DNA of 64,000 nt, taken from Paraphysomonas bandaiensis (taxonomy: Eukaryota > Protista > Chrysophyceae). The position numbers and the translations under genes were made by a program. This document shows positions 26,633 through 41,612 of the stretch, piece after piece. The stretch is from assembly GCA_965644295.1 (NCBI GenBank), contig CBFFRP010000407.1, positions 122,246 to 186,245 on the forward strand. The letters run 5' to 3'. Numbering within the stretch: the stretch's first letter is position 1; the number at the start of each line of letters is the position of its first letter. Under the pieces are notes generated by a model. The model ran no database searches, was not told where the DNA came from, and was given only the letters and a program-made list of their open reading frames with translations.

Positions 26633-27547
26633 GCGTGATGTCTATACTATGCTCATGATCTAACCCTGCCAGAAAGTAGATTAAGATCTTCGCCATGCAT
26701 GATACCACCACCAACACGTCAGAAGTATTGGAGCAGTGAGTACATATTGACATTACCATGTATGACATTGGTATGCAGTTTTACCTGCTCACAATCAGTA
26801 TTGATTAGAACAATTTACGTCTCCTTACGTGTGGATTGTCCGTCCCTGAGATTTAGATCAGCGATAGCACTGAGTAGGCGGCCACCAAAAATGGAACGAT
26901 AACTACAAATGGAACTCGTTTCCCAATGAAATCACTTCACTGTTCTCTTCGGAGTAGTTGCATCTGTACTTTGCAGGGGCAATCACCACAAGCAATATAC
27001 TGAGCCGATTAAGGACTCAAACGCATCTTCATTGCCGGCAACTGCAATGAACCGTACATGGACACTGGCAGTAAATTAATAGAGCCTCTTCATAAGCACA
27101 ATGCCACACTTATTGCGACCATTTCTCTGCTCTCCATATCTACACATGATGTCGACAGAGGAACACATCTAGACATGTCCACATGTCCGGTCCATGTCTG
27201 TCTACGAAGTGGTCGCAGCAGCTCCGATCTGATCCAGCTCAAAAGCATTGCATCGATATGGATATGCATGGAGTGAGACGAATCACTCTCAGTTGGGATC
27301 CAACAAGAAAGCAAAATCCTTGCTTTTTCAGTGCAATGGGTTTTCAAAAAGTGGGGTTTTCAATTTCCATGCTTGGGATTTCGACAAATCCAGGGTTTTG
27401 GGCCTACAAATGGCATCTTTTTTCTTCATTTTGCGGAGGACCCGGAACACCTGGCTGCTTCTCAGTGTGCTCTGTGATGACTCTGCTCTTACAATCTCCA
27501 GCTTCCACTATAATTCTTCTCACCTCTAATCAATAAGATATCTGGAT

Positions 27548-29593
27548 ATGAAAGATGGTCCTCAGTGTTCCCTTTGCTGCATCGGGTATGATACTGAAGG
27601 TCCCCACACCCCTCTGCTGCTCTCATGCGGTCACGGCATATGCTCCAGCTGCTGTCGTGCTCTCGAGTCATCTCACGCTGATCATTCCTCTGGATTAACG
27701 CAAATTCCATGCCCGGAGTGCTTCCAAACATCCAGCCCTCCATTCAGTAAGAACTTTGCGCTCATGAGAGAAATCGTATCCAGACAGTTAGCAGCGAGTG
27801 CCCCCTCTATACAAACCATATGCGATGCGTGTGGGATGTCCACTAGTTCCGTGGAATGCCGTGAATGTGACAGGATGTTTTGTAGAAAGTGTGATTACAA
27901 GATACATCAAGCCAATGATTTGACGGAGCATTTAAGACAGGTTTCTGATACTCCTGAAAGCGACGTGTGTGTCAGCCATATGCAGCCACTTATTGCATAC
28001 TGTACGAAATGCAGACGGTGCATATGTGACGAGTGTATGTGCAATACGCATAAGAAACACATCGTTAGTGTTCTTAAAGATATTGCAGAAGAGAAGAGAG
28101 TGAGCTTGTCACAACATAAATTACATCTGCAGAACATCTGCTCACGGACTGACAGTATTGGCTCTTATATTGAACAATACATGGGTAGTGTTGGTTTTAC
28201 TAATGGCGGATCAGTGAACCTCTCTTCTGAAGGACTGCAGCAAACGGCAAAGAATACTGTAAATCAAACTTTCGATAAGCTTCTTGCTGCATTGCAGAAA
28301 CGTCGTGAAGAGATGTTAGCGATTGTGGACAAAGAATTTGAGAATAAGCGAACTCAACTCCTTTGCCAAAAAGACTCTGCTTGTAAGCTTGGCCAAGAGG
28401 CGCGGAATATGATCGGAAAATGCGAAGATATTTCCTGTGAGCGCGATGCCCCAATGGTAGCTATGTTCACTGAAATGGAGTCGTCCCTGAACAGCCTTGT
28501 CAACACTGATATAAACAGTATTGTGGGGCCGATCGGCGACCTTAGAGTTCATGTAACATTTGACGCTGATCTTCAAAAATTGAATGAAATAATCCGTAAG
28601 CTGGGAAAAGTGGGCGATAGTGCTATTATTGAGTCAGCGGACGGTACCCTTCGAGGTGGCCATTCCTCTACGCCTGTAACTAATAAGAACAGCGGACTTC
28701 CGAAATGCGAAGAACTTACTTACAATGATCTATCAGTAGGTATTACCATATGTATGACAGCTACTATTCTTTATTGTGTATATATGTTGTTGTTTTGCGT
28801 TACTTATAAAATCTCTTCAGGTATGCGAGTTGATGCACTGGATACTGCTAATCGTTGGGCAGAGGCAGAGGTAATACACTACTTATTTTCTGTCTATATG
28901 CACTATGTTGTTTTATGCTTTGCATGGTTTGTCAGATTGTAGACATGAACCCTGTAGATAAAACAGTTCTTCTATCGTACGTTTATTGGTCCAAAGAATG
29001 GGACGAATGGATTCCAGTTATCAGTGAAGTTATTGCGCCACTGAAGACCCATACGCTCGGCATTGGACAACCCATGCAAGTGGGGCAAAGGGTTGAAATA
29101 TGTGACGACAAGAGTAAGTGGAGGGAAGGCTTTGTCACTGGGATCGAAGGCCACCAGGTATTCTGCATTTCACACTATGGATTTAATTTTAGGGGTAGTA
29201 GATAATGTATGCACTTTGGATGACATAATGTGGAGGTGAATTGATTGCTTTACATGCATATTTAAATGCTCGTGAGATATTGTGTATATAGTAGTAGGTT
29301 AAATTTATGTAATTGCCTGTGTTCAATAGCTCTGTACATCTTTTATAATTGCGTGCAGTATTTCCTTGCTACAGCTCATAAAATTTACATATCTATATCA
29401 GATAGAAGTGTTTTATGAAGACGATAAGTTGGAGGGCCATACCGTAATTATTGATTCTCGAATGGATCGCATCAGACAATATGGCATTGCCACCAGTCCC
29501 CCAAAACCCAAGAAACATTCCAGTGAAGCATTTACAGGTTCGACACCGATATTAAAGTCATCTGGTAAAAAGCGAAGTCGAGCCGGTGTATAG
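27548..29593 (+). CDS. RING-B-box-B-box-coiled-coil (TRIM-like) protein with C-terminal Tudor/MBT-like repeats; multi-exon
   Basis: CSLC..LLSCGHGICSSC..CPEC (RING), CDAC..CREC..FCRKCDYKIH..H (B-box), CVSH..YCTKC..ICDEC..H..H (B-box2), coiled coil, then GMRVDALDTANRWAEAE..YVYWSKEWDEWI and VGQRVEICDDKSKWREGFV. Confidence 0.85.
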
Positions 29594-30736
29594 AGGCAGT
29601 AATTTGGCGTATAAGAACTGGAAGTGTTAGAAGGTTATTATTGCGTGATCTATCCCTTAAAAGTGTTTTGTGATAGCTGCGTGATATATATTGTTGTTCT
29701 GTGAGATTAATACGTCTTGTGAGTAGTAGTATATGAGTACATGAGATATACATGTGACTTTATAGCAGTGATAATGATTAGCATTTTGTTTTTGGAATCC
29801 CACTACAGATGTGTTTCTTTTGAGGTATTTTAGAGATTTCAGAATTTTCCTCTACGCCTGTTAGATTTAAACATTGTCAAATTAAATGGGCTGAGTTCAG
29901 ACATGAATAATAACTACGATATTCCTCTTGACACAAATGTGATGACTGTAATTAGTAAACTGTGCATAGTGAGAACAGCTCGATAATCTGATGAAAGAAA
30001 AACTAACTTGTGTATTGTTAATTTGTTGTAATATGCTACACTTCTTTAAACTTGCGAATCTTACAACGACGAGCCAAAGGCGGTTATTGATGTAGATGCT
30101 TCAGAATTATCATGACCCTCACTAAAAGAATATAATTTGCTTCCAGAGTATTGTCCTGGCATAAAATTTAACGATATTACTGAAGTTGATTGGACACCCT
30201 AATCACAGTATCCAATGATCATTTGCTGAGAGTGATCCCGAGTGAAACTTTGCTAGATAAAGCTTATGGAGTCGCCGCTGATGTATAGACAAGCTGTAGC
30301 GGGAGTTTCGGAGATTATTATGAAGCCTAACAAATGTTGACTTCGCGGATTATAGTATAGTAAAATGTGTTCTCTCCTGAGGATATTTTGTATGGGGGAT
30401 GAAGCTGTCAATAATGAGAAAAGCAAGAATATGAATACAAATAACTTTTTATTTAATGCTCAAAAATAATAATAACAGCTGCACCCACGAAACCGAAGAG
30501 AACTACCACGCTATCACTATCGTGGCCTCAGACCGAATTGGCAACAATAGTAGTTTATAAATTGAATAAAGATAAAGGAGTTTAGGGTTTAGCTTATTTA
30601 GTTTCAGTACGATATAAAATTGAAAATTAAAACTACTTGTAAAATAAAAGATTTTGACAGTAATTTTATAAAATTTACGTGTAAGTTTACTCCCAATTTG
30701 TTCACGATAGCTAGAGAACTTTGTTGTATGTTGCGT

Positions 30737-31508
30737 TAGGGCCTGGTAACCATTAATTGTAGTCCAGTTCCCGGCAAATATAATGGCATTAATAAAATAT
30801 GCCCCGGCAATTATAATGGCATAACCATTAATGGCCATTAATATCTAAGTAGATAATGCCGCTCAGAATAGATACTGTAGTGCTCCTTTAATTACTAATT
30901 TAGTAAAATAACATACTACAAATTGTAATTACTTTTCGCTCTCCACTGGCACATCAGGATCTTCTTGCAGGGCTTCATGGAGAGCATAAGCATCCCACAA
31001 CATGTCATCGGCCCGTAGGAGTAGCAACGATTCTAGACTATATGGAGTCATATTTCTACGCTCAGGTGTAATAATCAACTTTGTATGACTAAAGAGCCTC
31101 TCAACAACATTAGATTTTAGACTTTGCTTCGATATGAAACAAGCAGCGGTTGTAGGACTCATAGGTACCAAGTCGAGCTCTCTTGGTGACCTCGGCGCTA
31201 TCCAGAGCACGATTTACAAAATCAGCTCCTTAACTTTTGTCGTGATTGCTGTTGGATGAGAGCAAACTGTCATTCATAAGCATCTTTAGATCTTTCAGCA
31301 AGGGATGCCAGTGTTATCGCTGAGAAAACAAAATAGCTGTGGAATTGCATGAACATTGTTTAGAATTCACTTAGTTCTAAATATATATCATATATCAAGT
31401 GCCAATACATGCCACTAATGGCCCTTTAAGGATAGTCGAGTTTCCAGCAATTATAATGGCAATAATGAAAAGTATCCAGGCATTACCATATACGGTTTCC
31501 AGGTCCTG
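30737..31508 (-). mobile_element. hAT internal-deletion derivative retaining the dimerisation-domain fragment
   Basis: TIRs TAGGGCCTGGTAACC / GGTTTCCAGGTCCTG, 8-bp TSD TGTTGCGT/TGTTGCAT. ORF 30929-31210 contains SNVVERLFS..PERRNMTP.SLESLLLL. Confidence 0.9.
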
Positions 31509-32432
31509 TGTTGCATGTGAATGATAATGATAACATTATTCGGCTTTATCACGATATACTAACTTTGGCACCTCAAGGTAGCTGATTTCCACTATTTAAA
31601 TAGCTAACTCTTGGCTTAAGAACGATTTGAAAATAGTTTGCTAGTATTCGGCTTTTTATTAAGAACGATGACGCACTAGTACTGACACTATATTACTATA
31701 CTGTGCGTGCGATCATCATGTCACTGCAGCGTTAACAGACATCAAACACACATGAATACGGTACTAGCATATACGCAATACATTTCAACCGCCGGTTCGG
31801 ATAAAGCGAGCGTCCAAGTGTACAATCGCCGAGGATGGTCAGTCGCTATCTTGCAGCTGCTCCTTATTATTATCGGGAGAGCTTCACAGGATGCACACTG
31901 CGCATACCTTTTACAAGATAACGGCTCAAGCAGTATCTCATCCTCCTGTAAGGGCTCCCTTCCACTTCACTGTCTCTTCTGATGGCAATAACCTACACAT
32001 GAACCAGTTGTCTCAAGCGGTTAATAGTCAGGTGGGGTCATAATTTCACCCCACAATAAGCGTCTGTGTGTCTATTTATGGTCATGACCCTCATATACAA
32101 CACACTCCTGCCAGTATACCAGCAACCGTATATACAAAATACATACTCTAATAATACGTATATCAGTGACGTGGTTTCAACCTTTTAGAAACATTTTGCT
32201 CCGTTTGAAGAGTTCTAGATTTTCAGGGGTTTATAGTCGTAATGTACACATTTTTTTTATTTTCATGCCTAAAAATACATGATTTTGTATCTATCCGGTG
32301 TAAGTGCGTGTGTCGAGGTCTGAAGTCAGTGACACGAAGTGATCATGTACGTACTCAACCACGCACATAACAACTCGACACACATCGCACAATGAGCAGC
32401 AGACACACTCGTTAATAGTGATCAAGTTTCTT

Positions 32433-34610
32433 ATGGGAGCGGCGATTAGCTGCTGTGATCATTGGTATGAAGAGGGTGTGGTGGACGAGAGGGTTCATAG
32501 TGTCGCCTGTGTTGTTCAATCACCTCACAGAGACTCACACTCTGACAGAGATCAGTTCGCTCTATTGTCGAGCCGGAGCGCATCATCCTCTCTGACTGGT
32601 TCCATCAAACATGCGGCATTATCTCATATGTACCGACAAGTAGGAGTACTTAACAATGAAGCTCATATATACGGCAAGGGAGCCCCTGATGTGGACACTG
32701 ACGACTGTGCTGTGTATGAACACACACGAGAGCGAGAGCTATGCACGGACTGTGCAAAACCTAAACAATCTGAATACGGATATAGATCGAAACGACCAAA
32801 CCTACAAGTAATTGTATCAGATGGTCTCGACGAAGAGAAGCCGGATAGCCAACAACTTGTGATACAAGATATGACCATAAGTGAGGTTGGCATGAAAGTC
32901 AACAGCTTGAATGGTGTCAATTCGACACCCCATTCCTTCATTGAGGATGGCAGGAGCGATTTTATTTACATAGGACCATTAGGAACAGGTGTTGATATTG
33001 CGTTTTTTGTGTAGTGTTGACGTATACTTATTCACAGGATCATCTGGTAGCGTTATAGAGGCCCTCCATGTGCCTACCTTAACCTTGGTTGCTCTCAAAA
33101 TGTTACCGATACACAACGATCAAGAGGTGTCGAGGATATCACGAGAACTTCACGTGCTTCGTCAAAACGTAGCACAGCTTCGAATTTTGACTGGATCCTT
33201 TAAAAAAAATACTCCTAAGAGTGACACCACCAATATGTCAGGATGCACAGATGGCGAAGAAGATTTTGACTGTATCGATGAGTTTGATCGAAATATGGAA
33301 GAGGAGTTAGAGGAGTCTGATATTATTTGCCCGTGCCCACATCTACTGGCTATGTATGATGGTAGGTGTTTCTAGGAAGTACTTCTTTGAATGCTTTTCA
33401 CTACAGTGCATTACTTGATATTCTACCCAGTCAATATCGTATGTGATATTTTGACATAGTGTATCTTTACCACCTTTGTTGCGATGGTTGTTGACATTAT
33501 CGCAGCCTTCTTGGATGGCTCCACCGGTATGGTCAACATTGCCTTAGAATATATGGATGGTGGCTCTCTTCAGGATTTAGTAAATTCTGGAGGATGCAGT
33601 GACGAAGCTGTACTGACAGACATTACGTACCAGATGTTGCGGGGTCTGGAATATTTGCATAGCCATGGTCGAATGCATCGGTAAGTGTGTTTTGATTTAG
33701 AGTGAGCATTACATGTTGCGCTGAATTCGTCTAATTTGTGTCTATAGGGATATTAAACCTGGAAATATTCTTTTGAACAGTAGAGGTCAAGTTAAACTTG
33801 CAGACTTTGGGATATCAACGGCATTTGAAAATTCAGAACCAGATAAGAGTTATGTTGGAGCCATACATTACATGGTAAGTAGTACAGTGCAACTGGTTAG
33901 TATTTTTTTTAATGTAATATATATTGTGGAGCGTTTCTCACTGCTTGTCGTAGGCTCCCGAGCGTATTATGAATGTGCAATATGGTACCGCCAGCGAAAT
34001 ATGGTCCTTGGGCATGACCATATTAGCAGTCTGTTGTGGAAGATATCCCTTGAACACTTCTGAACAAAAACTTCCATCTGACTATTGGGAGCTTCTTCGA
34101 CTAATATGTGATGAGCCACCACCTCTATCGGATACATTGCTTTCAGCTAGTTTCAGCGATATTATACGAAGATGCCTGAGTAAGTCCCCAAATGATAGAC
34201 CTTCGGCGAGAGATCTGTTAAACGAGACGCATTTCAAACATAGAAAACTATGTCGCAGTGTCACGTCATCATCATTCATCTCTTTACGATCTCAGGTCAT
34301 TACCTCCGATAACTTGTTAGGAAATACATCGGATAGTACCGACAGTGTTTTGAATGGTGATGTTGCATACAAAGTAGAGGACATGCGCTCACACCACCTA
34401 GACGCAGTACTTAATAAACTCCGAGCTGCACGTAGCCGAGAGCTTCTTCTCGACCCACTAGGTGAAAGTCAAATGGAAAAACACAATTGTCATAATATTC
34501 CAAGTTTTGAATCCGAATTTGATAAATGGGAACATTTTGCCCATGAGCTCCGATTGCCTGTGAGTGTCGTTATTAAAAAAGCTAAGGTACAATTATTCTC
34601 ATCGAATTAG
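32433..34610 (+). CDS. MAP kinase kinase (STE7-like) Ser/Thr kinase; multi-exon
   Basis: LGTGSSGSV, VALKML, IALEYMDGGSLQDL, HRDIKPGNILLNSRGQVKLADFG, YMAPER, SEIWSLG, RPSARDLL, assembled across GT-AG introns. Confidence 0.9.
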
Positions 34611-34985
34611 TAGTAAAGTATTTGTTTTTAAATGGGGCGTTGTATATCCTCTCTATACTGTTTTGTAGTCATATACTCTTTCTATATTTGAATGTTTCAT
34701 TTGTGTGCATTAGTACTGGTATTTACAGGAATGAAATTTGTTGCATACATGTTTTTGTCCATAATCTGATTTTGTAATAATGAGATTTTGGATTTGCACC
34801 CTTAGTATGCAGTTGTAAGAACATAATAATAATGTCTGGTTATATCAGGTTAAGATGAGCTAGGACAATATGCCCCAGTATTTCATTAATACTGAGGGCG
34901 AGTATAATACCTAAAATCTGAGTTGGTTTCGAGACAAATAACTCGAAATTTAGTGATCAATCGAAATTGTAGCTCTACTCCCCAC

Positions 34986-35894
34986 CAGAGCCTGGTAACC
35001 GTTAATGGTAATGGAAGTCATTGTAATGCCATTATAATTGCCAGGAGGAACTGGGTACCCATCTTTACAATATGCGGGTAAAGGGTAAATAACATTAAAC
35101 ATTAAACTGCATCCTTATCTTTGCGGATGAAGTTTCCCTAACAAGTTGGAAGATAAAATTCTTACTCCAGTTAACGTTAGAGAGATGAAAAAATTACAGA
35201 GTGTTACGCTTGCTGGAACCAATTCGTATCAAGTACGCCAGCTATTTCATATTCAGCTACAAAATTTTCAGGGCTGCATCCATACCTTTCCCCGAGTGCA
35301 AGGATTTTTTACCAGTGTAAATTTTGAGAAGGAAGTAGCTAAAATTCAATGGGACAATGAAGAGAAGAGTTAACAGGCAAAAAGAGATCCATCCATTGCT
35401 GTTAGTGCATCCAACATAAATAGCGACGACAAAAATGATTAAACTGATTTCGAACAGCGTGTTCTGAACAGCGCCGAGGACACCAGAGAGCTCCACTTAG
35501 TCCCTATATGAGCCCAACTACCGCAACATGCATCATATCGAAGCAAAGTCTAAAATCTAATGTTGTTGAGTGGATCTTTTGGCGTGCTAAATTGATTATG
35601 ACACCTGAGCGTAGAAACATATCGTTTAGAATCATTGCTATTCCTACAAGCCGATTACATGTTGAGGGATGATTATTGCTTATGCCCTCCATGAAGCCCA
35701 GAAAGAAGATCCCGATGTGCCAGTGGAGAGCAAAGAGAATGATGATGTGTTGTTACGATTCTTATACTAAATTTGTATTTAAGGGCGTACCACACTATCT
35801 ATTATGAGCGGTATTATCTATTTTTCATTAATTCAATCACAACTTCCGGGAACTGGGCTATCATTAATGGACCATTAATGGTTACCAGGCCCGG
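34986..35894 (+). mobile_element. Degenerate hAT derivative, same family
   Basis: TIRs CAGAGCCTGGTAACCGTTAATGG / CCATTAATGGTTACCAGGCCCGG; EDPDVPVES-coding segment at ~35706. Confidence 0.85.
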
Positions 35895-36389
35895 CTTGTA
35901 TATAGCTGCAGTTCGATTAGATATTACACAAACGAAACACCACTTTTATACTGCTGCTAATAAGAAATTTGTGGAATATATTGATTTTCTTGACTCAATT
36001 TCCCGCGACACTTAAGTAGGTTGGAAATATCACGCTACTCAAGACACATGGTGAACTCATGATTACTTTTTCTACTTTAGTTGAGAGTTGAGCCACAGAG
36101 GGGGTAGATGGCATGGTGAACAACAGTACACTGCTAATGAGATGAGTAATGATGGCTGGCAGTAAATTAAGAAGACGCACTAATCAACATAGCGGAAGTT
36201 ATTGATAAGCGAAATGATTAAAGAATTTGCGCCACATCACTCCTAAGCCAAGTCCCTTAAATTAAACTGCAGTACCAGTTTGAACAAAATAAACACAGCT
36301 GCAGAAAGTGCGTATCAATACTGAATGCTACCTGCTTCTACCACACCATAGATATCACAACAAAACGTAAACGCTACCCATTGGGTGCA

Positions 36390-37913
36390 TTATGATGTGT
36401 CTCCAGAAATTGAATGTGAAACCGACACGCCCTTTTCTGTAGAACTGCCCGCTATGACTGTGTCCGCCGTCCGCTGAACACTCTCAGAACCTTCTCTACT
36501 CTCACCGGATATGGAAGATACCGTATCAGGGCTACAACAAAAAGAGAGCAGTTACGTCATGTGCGCTGCAAGTATAGGATATAGTATAATATGCATACCT
36601 TGTGTGTGTATCAGAAAGGTTTATGGTGGCCATGTCTAGAGTTGCTGCGTCTCCGTCAGAGTACACTAGCTCGTCCTCTAGATGTAGAAATTCAGCGCTA
36701 TCCCTGACCTAAGACGGCAAAAGCATTACACACACATCAAAAAGTATTTAGTAAGACACGGACAAAGCATATTCCTTACTAACCTTCTCCCTGAGTTCCA
36801 CTAGCTGTAACAACCTCTGAGACGCCTCCGCGGTTTGTCGAGTTAAGTCTTGCAGATGGTTGACGCAATCCATTGATATACTCTGCACATAAGAGCAGTC
36901 GTGACAGTGTTCGTGATTGAATGACGTCGAATCATTGACACCAAACTCCTCTCCATTGGCGGATATGAGGTCCACCAAACATTTGTGTGCTTTGGTACAA
37001 TTTTGTAGGTTAACAAGGTGACCTTCTCTTATCTCCAATATGCTGGACAGTTTCAGCACGAATTGCTCACGGCACTACGAAATAAATAAGAAAAACATAA
37101 CAAGTATATAAATCATCTGCCCATACTACAATCCAAATATTATGCAGTATCTGTCCCAGGAAGATTATTTTCCTATTAACACGCTACTATCGATTCAATG
37201 CCGAATACAATTCACTATAAAATCTATATATCGAACACAGTACACATTACCTCTCTTATAGCATTAAGTCTTCTCATGAGCTCGGGGTGATCCGCATCTT
37301 CGCTAAGTTCTTGCTCCGATATGGGCCTCAATAGAACTGCCTTAGAGCCCCAGGAAACAAAGGTTCGGTTGTTTCGAACGGTTTCCATTACCTTTTGACG
37401 AACCAACTCAACGTTGAAGGCTACCATGGCCTTTACTAATGTACTTTCCGTGGAGAGACTGTTGACTGTATTTCTCATGGATTCAATGGTATCATCCTGG
37501 TCATCAATGTACTCCGCGTTATATGAAATGCATGCATCTAAACGTGATTTTAAATGTTTCGCTTGGTCACGCAGAGCTAATTTTTTCTCAACTATTTGAA
37601 TAATCAGATCTCGGAGGTGCTCTTCACACGCTTTAATGCGAGGTAACAAGGAGTTCATAGTTAATAATAATTTCTCATCTCGACGACGAGATCGCCATTG
37701 TCTAAATTTTTTTGCTGCTTGTAGCACTCCACTGCCCTCATCTTCACTCGGGTGGTCTCGTATTTGTGCCATTTGAGCAAGAAATGTTTGGCTTTCTTGA
37801 ATAAGTCCATCTAAATGAGAGAAATTTGGACCGATATCGACTATTCGAGTGGTTATATTCGTGTCTACAGAGCCATCAGATTTGGATCGTTCGAGCCGTC
37901 CAGCCATTCCCAT
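36390..37913 (-). CDS. Hypothetical coiled-coil protein, ~4 exons
   Basis: 229-aa and 103-aa ORF pieces joined by plausible GT-AG introns; heptad-like composition. The 3' end is inferred. Confidence 0.65.
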
Positions 37914-40652
37914 GCAGTGGTTAGAGGGCTCACAGGGGATACTTGCAATGGAAAATGATTATATAATGAGGAGAAGGAAGGGGGAGTGGGATGGGGTCTT
38001 ATGTTACTGTATATGTATTGTATAGTGCCATTATTAAAGTATAGTACTGTACAGGTGGGCTGTGTGTGTACTGGTATAACTAGCTATAGCTATATATATA
38101 TATGTATATATGGTGCTGTTGGTCTGTGACATAAACGAGGTGCGATGTACATACATCAGCAGTGTAAGACTATGGTACAGCAGTACAGCAGTATACCAAC
38201 AGTGTGTGGTATAGTATGGTAGATGGTAGGTGTACTAGGTACTGTACGACAACTGTACTGTATGACAACATGATGCTAATGAAGTACACAATCTCACAGT
38301 ACATTCGTCATGGTGTTGCAAATATCGCTCGTATAAGATACTATGGAAGATATATGCATGTGTACTCCATGTGATCATATAGACTATGGACCATAAATCG
38401 AGTAGGTCATTTGAAGAGGTGAATATAATAAATGGAGTCTGTGTTCTACGCACATACTGAAGAGTAGAAAACCCAACAGCACCAACATATATATCTGTAA
38501 GATGGTATAGTCATATGTATGTAGATATGTATAGTGTGTAATTGATGGTGTTGCTTTGAGAAAGACTAGACGTAGTATGGTGAAACGTGTACCGTTGTGT
38601 GACAATTGCTAGTCGATGCCCTTATTAGTATGAGTGGTAGCGGAATATAATCAAATTGTAATAGCATTTCGAAGTATTTCTCTCTCTCCATTTAGTTTGA
38701 GACACTACATTTCAAATTTACTTTCTGTGTGGGTAATATGTTTGGTGAGATGCGTACGACATCGCAGAAATTGTTAACTGTTCGTTTAGCAGTGCAAACC
38801 TTATTTCTGCGGGAAACTTTTATAACTTTTTGAGGTAGTAGTTCCTTGGCTATCAAATTATTTCAATCGGTATTTCACTCTGCATCTTTGCAGTCATAAA
38901 GTAGGGGCACACTTTTGCATTTTGCAACAGTGAAACAAAGCTGATGCACTGCCATCATCAACACATACTGCTCAGTATCCCAGTAGGAGCCAGCGGTGGT
39001 CTACACTTTGTCTACATAGACACCTTGGAAGAGCACGATACCTTCTTAGTACAAGATCATTTGCTAAATAACTGTTGTGTATATTACGGTGTTAAAATAA
39101 CTGTCAGGTAGCACCAGTACGTAGCTGCATCATATTTTGATGTAGTTGAATAAATAGGAGACTGTTCTCCAAGTTATACTACATACTATAATTATACACA
39201 AATGTTAGGTAACTACGTATTTTAAGTTATCGATGTAATATATTGATTTACTCTCATCATGCTAACGCTGTGCTTGCTATTCATTCGGTTCTATACTAAA
39301 CACAATACATTATATTACACACAAAATAGTTACAGTCAAATTAATAAACCACCAGTAAAAGAAATTCAAAGGAGGAAAATAACCTATCAAAGTGGCAAGT
39401 CAAAGGAAAATATTCTAATCTATGGCACGCTTTTTCTGGAAATGACAAGGTACGAGGGAAATTGCTGGAAGGATCGAACAACAACAACAATTATATGTCC
39501 CGTAATTGTCCAGAAATCGTGCACCATAACTATTCGACTCACTAATGACTAAAATTTGTCAACTTAGAGTCCCGATTCCACCACCAGCTATTTTCTGCAC
39601 TCGAGCTCCCTTTACCCTACTTGTGTTTTCCAACCATGCAATACAACATAAATGAAGTGGTTCTCACAGTGTCTTCAAGAAGGGCCAGAGTACAGAGCAT
39701 GCTGAATATCCTTTCCATTCACAGCGCAACCTGCGAAACATGACTACTGAGCTATTTCAGGATGTCACAGATTGTCACGTCAGCTCTATCAACGACATGA
39801 ATAAATGCTTCAGAATTGATGCAATGTCAAAGAGATATTACTATTGAGAGAGAGTTACGTATAAGGAGCTGGCATTGGAATGGTCAGCCAGCCTCTGTAG
39901 CACCCCACATATGGATCATTCGTCAGATTCAAATGATCTCGCTCATATACATATACGGCCGGCTCTATCATGTATCTCCAGCAGCCAGCCAGATCCAGTA
40001 TACAGTATACCCATACATTGGATACAGTGCTAGTGTAGGAAGATATCTAGATATCAGATATCCAGGGGACAGTGTGGTACAGAGGGTGGTTGTGCATATC
40101 GATTTCATCAAAAAAGTCACTTTTTTTCATTTCACTGAAAAAACAATGAACAAATATGCACAACCACCCCCAGTATGGTATGGTATGGTATGATTCGAAG
40201 GGGCGTCTCATACGAAAAAAAAAAGAAGCAAGCCTTCGGCGTCGACAGCACTAGAAAAAAAGTTCCGTCGTATGTAAATAATTCGATTTTGATTTCGAAA
40301 GAATACCCCGAATACCAGGAATACACACATACACACTGGCCCATGCCCCAGAACATGTGTGGAGAAGTACCGATTTATCTTTTATTCGTTTTTGCAGAAA
40401 GAATAATTAGATAAATTATCCGGATTCACCGTACAGAAGATCCCCAAAAATATGAAAGATCAAATAATGTATGAAAGTCCTCGTTTCATACCATGTGGTC
40501 GTTGCAGGGAAGTACTGGTATGGACATACATACGGTATAAACCCACATGACACTATCGCCTAAAATCTCTGCCACTGGCACTGCCATATGCCAATTGTCC
40601 AGTACACAGACATACATTAGAGTTGAGTTCAATTATATGTCACTATAGTTGA

Positions 40653-41612
40653 ATGGTTTATAGTAGCATCATGTCTGAAAATAACCCCTCTAAGATGGAC
40701 TTAATGAATACGAACAGCAACATATTCCACAACAGTTTCCCCTTATGTCACGATAACGACAATGCATTCCCCACCAATACGGAACTAAAGAAGAAGCAGT
40801 ACTCCAATGATCAAGGAGCAGGAACAAGAGCAGGAGCAGGAGCAACAAAAGAGTGTCGTTTAAGTGTTCCTCCTCTCTTAAGAGAAGTCAATGGCATGAC
40901 ATATGAGGTATCGCATGACACCTATACAGAACTCTGTCGTCTAATTATCTTCGATCAGGTGGTAAGCGAGCGTATATACGCGTGTTACACCCGAGGAATG
41001 GTACACACAATGTTTACAGTGGTCAACGACGGAGGTAGCTATCACAGCGCGTTTATGAAGGTATATATTACTTGTGTGTATAATGTGTACAGCTTTTCAA
41101 CTATGGATGTATAGGGCGATGACTCGGCGTATTCCACTCTTCGAAACTACTTAAAAGAACACTCTCTGCCTCAGGATTGTCCCTTAGTTCCCCAAAGAAA
41201 AGACCCAACGACTACCGAGTACACACTTTTGAAGCAAGCTGTCACAACTGTACGAGAGTCGAAGAATAATCTATACGAACAGGCAGCCCAGACACTCTGT
41301 CTACTTTCAGAATATGAAAGTCTATCAAAATGTCACCTCATACACCCACGCGTATTAGAAGTATTTTCCAGATTACTTCTCTGTGGAAACAGCACGTGCG
41401 CTCATTTTACATTGAAAGCCTTGAAAAACATACTCAAATTCTCTCCTCCATTGCCCAGCGATGAGCATGATGTAAAACCAGCCGTCATGAGACTTGGCAA
41501 AGATATTGAGGACCAACATATAAGAATAGCAGTTCGGACACTTGGCGGGGGTATTCCTCCGCAATGCTTGTTGCTGAGAAAGGAAGTGGTCGAAGTTCTG
41601 AAATTACTGTAA
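40653..41612 (+). CDS. Hypothetical protein with possible ARM-like helical C-terminus, 2 exons
   Basis: Two ORFs joined by a short GT..AG intron at ~41061-41114. Confidence 0.6.
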
